Below are positions 63,605 to 64,000 of a DNA stretch of 64,000 nucleotides, one piece after another; position 1 is the first letter of the stretch, and each line of letters starts with the position of its first letter. The stretch is from Octopus sinensis (lineage: Eukaryota). The notes beneath the pieces were generated by a model that saw nothing but the letters and a program-made list of their open reading frames with translations, did not search any database and was not told the DNA's origin. Where the stretch lies: NCBI RefSeq assembly GCF_006345805.1, contig NC_042998.1:14694001-14758000 (forward strand). The letters run 5' to 3'. The position numbers and the translations under genes were made by a program.

Positions 63605-64000
63605 CATAATGTGACTTTTCAAGAATTGTAAAGAAAAAATTTTTTTTAAATGTGAGGAGGAGGAAAAAAGAAAATTAAATTGTTTTTTGCAAAAAAATAA
63701 TAATAAATATATACAAAAATTAAAAAATAGGTACTCTGATACATTGTAAAGTCTTTGTGTATCTTGAGTTTAATGATTGTTCACTACACCCATTTTCATT
63801 AAAATTTTCTTTCAATTTAGCATTCTGCCTTTTTACAATTTTTCCTTGATTATATATATATATATATATATATGTCTATATGTCTGTGTATGTGTGTATT
63901 TATATGTCTATGTCATCATCATCATCATCATCGTTTAACGTACGTTCTTCATGCTAGCATGGGTTGGACGGTTCAACTGGGGCCTGGGAAGCCAGAAGGC

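Overview
AT-rich animal genomic DNA saturated with microsatellites. The SINE, LINE and DNA-transposon repertoire looks octopus-like (inferred from recognising the repeats, not from a search). A 100-N scaffold gap lies at 61876-61975. None of the long ORFs in the track is a host gene: they are translated microsatellites or transposon relics. Main contents: (1) a near full-length, frameshifted L1/Tx1-clade LINE (1279-7343, minus) inside a (GATA)n tract, plus a second truncated copy also inside (GATA)n; (2) a candidate plus-strand host gene of ten micro-exons (16-44 nt, 8285-36950) that splice into one open 92-aa frame; (3) about 45 tRNA-derived SINE copies of at least five families, one forming 183-185-bp tandem arrays; (4) minimal type I hammerhead-ribozyme motifs in several unrelated short repeats, one with a tRNA-like head; (5) Helitron, Tc1/mariner, hAT, CR1 and R4/Dong-like relics, several long fold-backs, and structured satellite arrays. 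All coordinates were read by eye; repeat edges are approximate.
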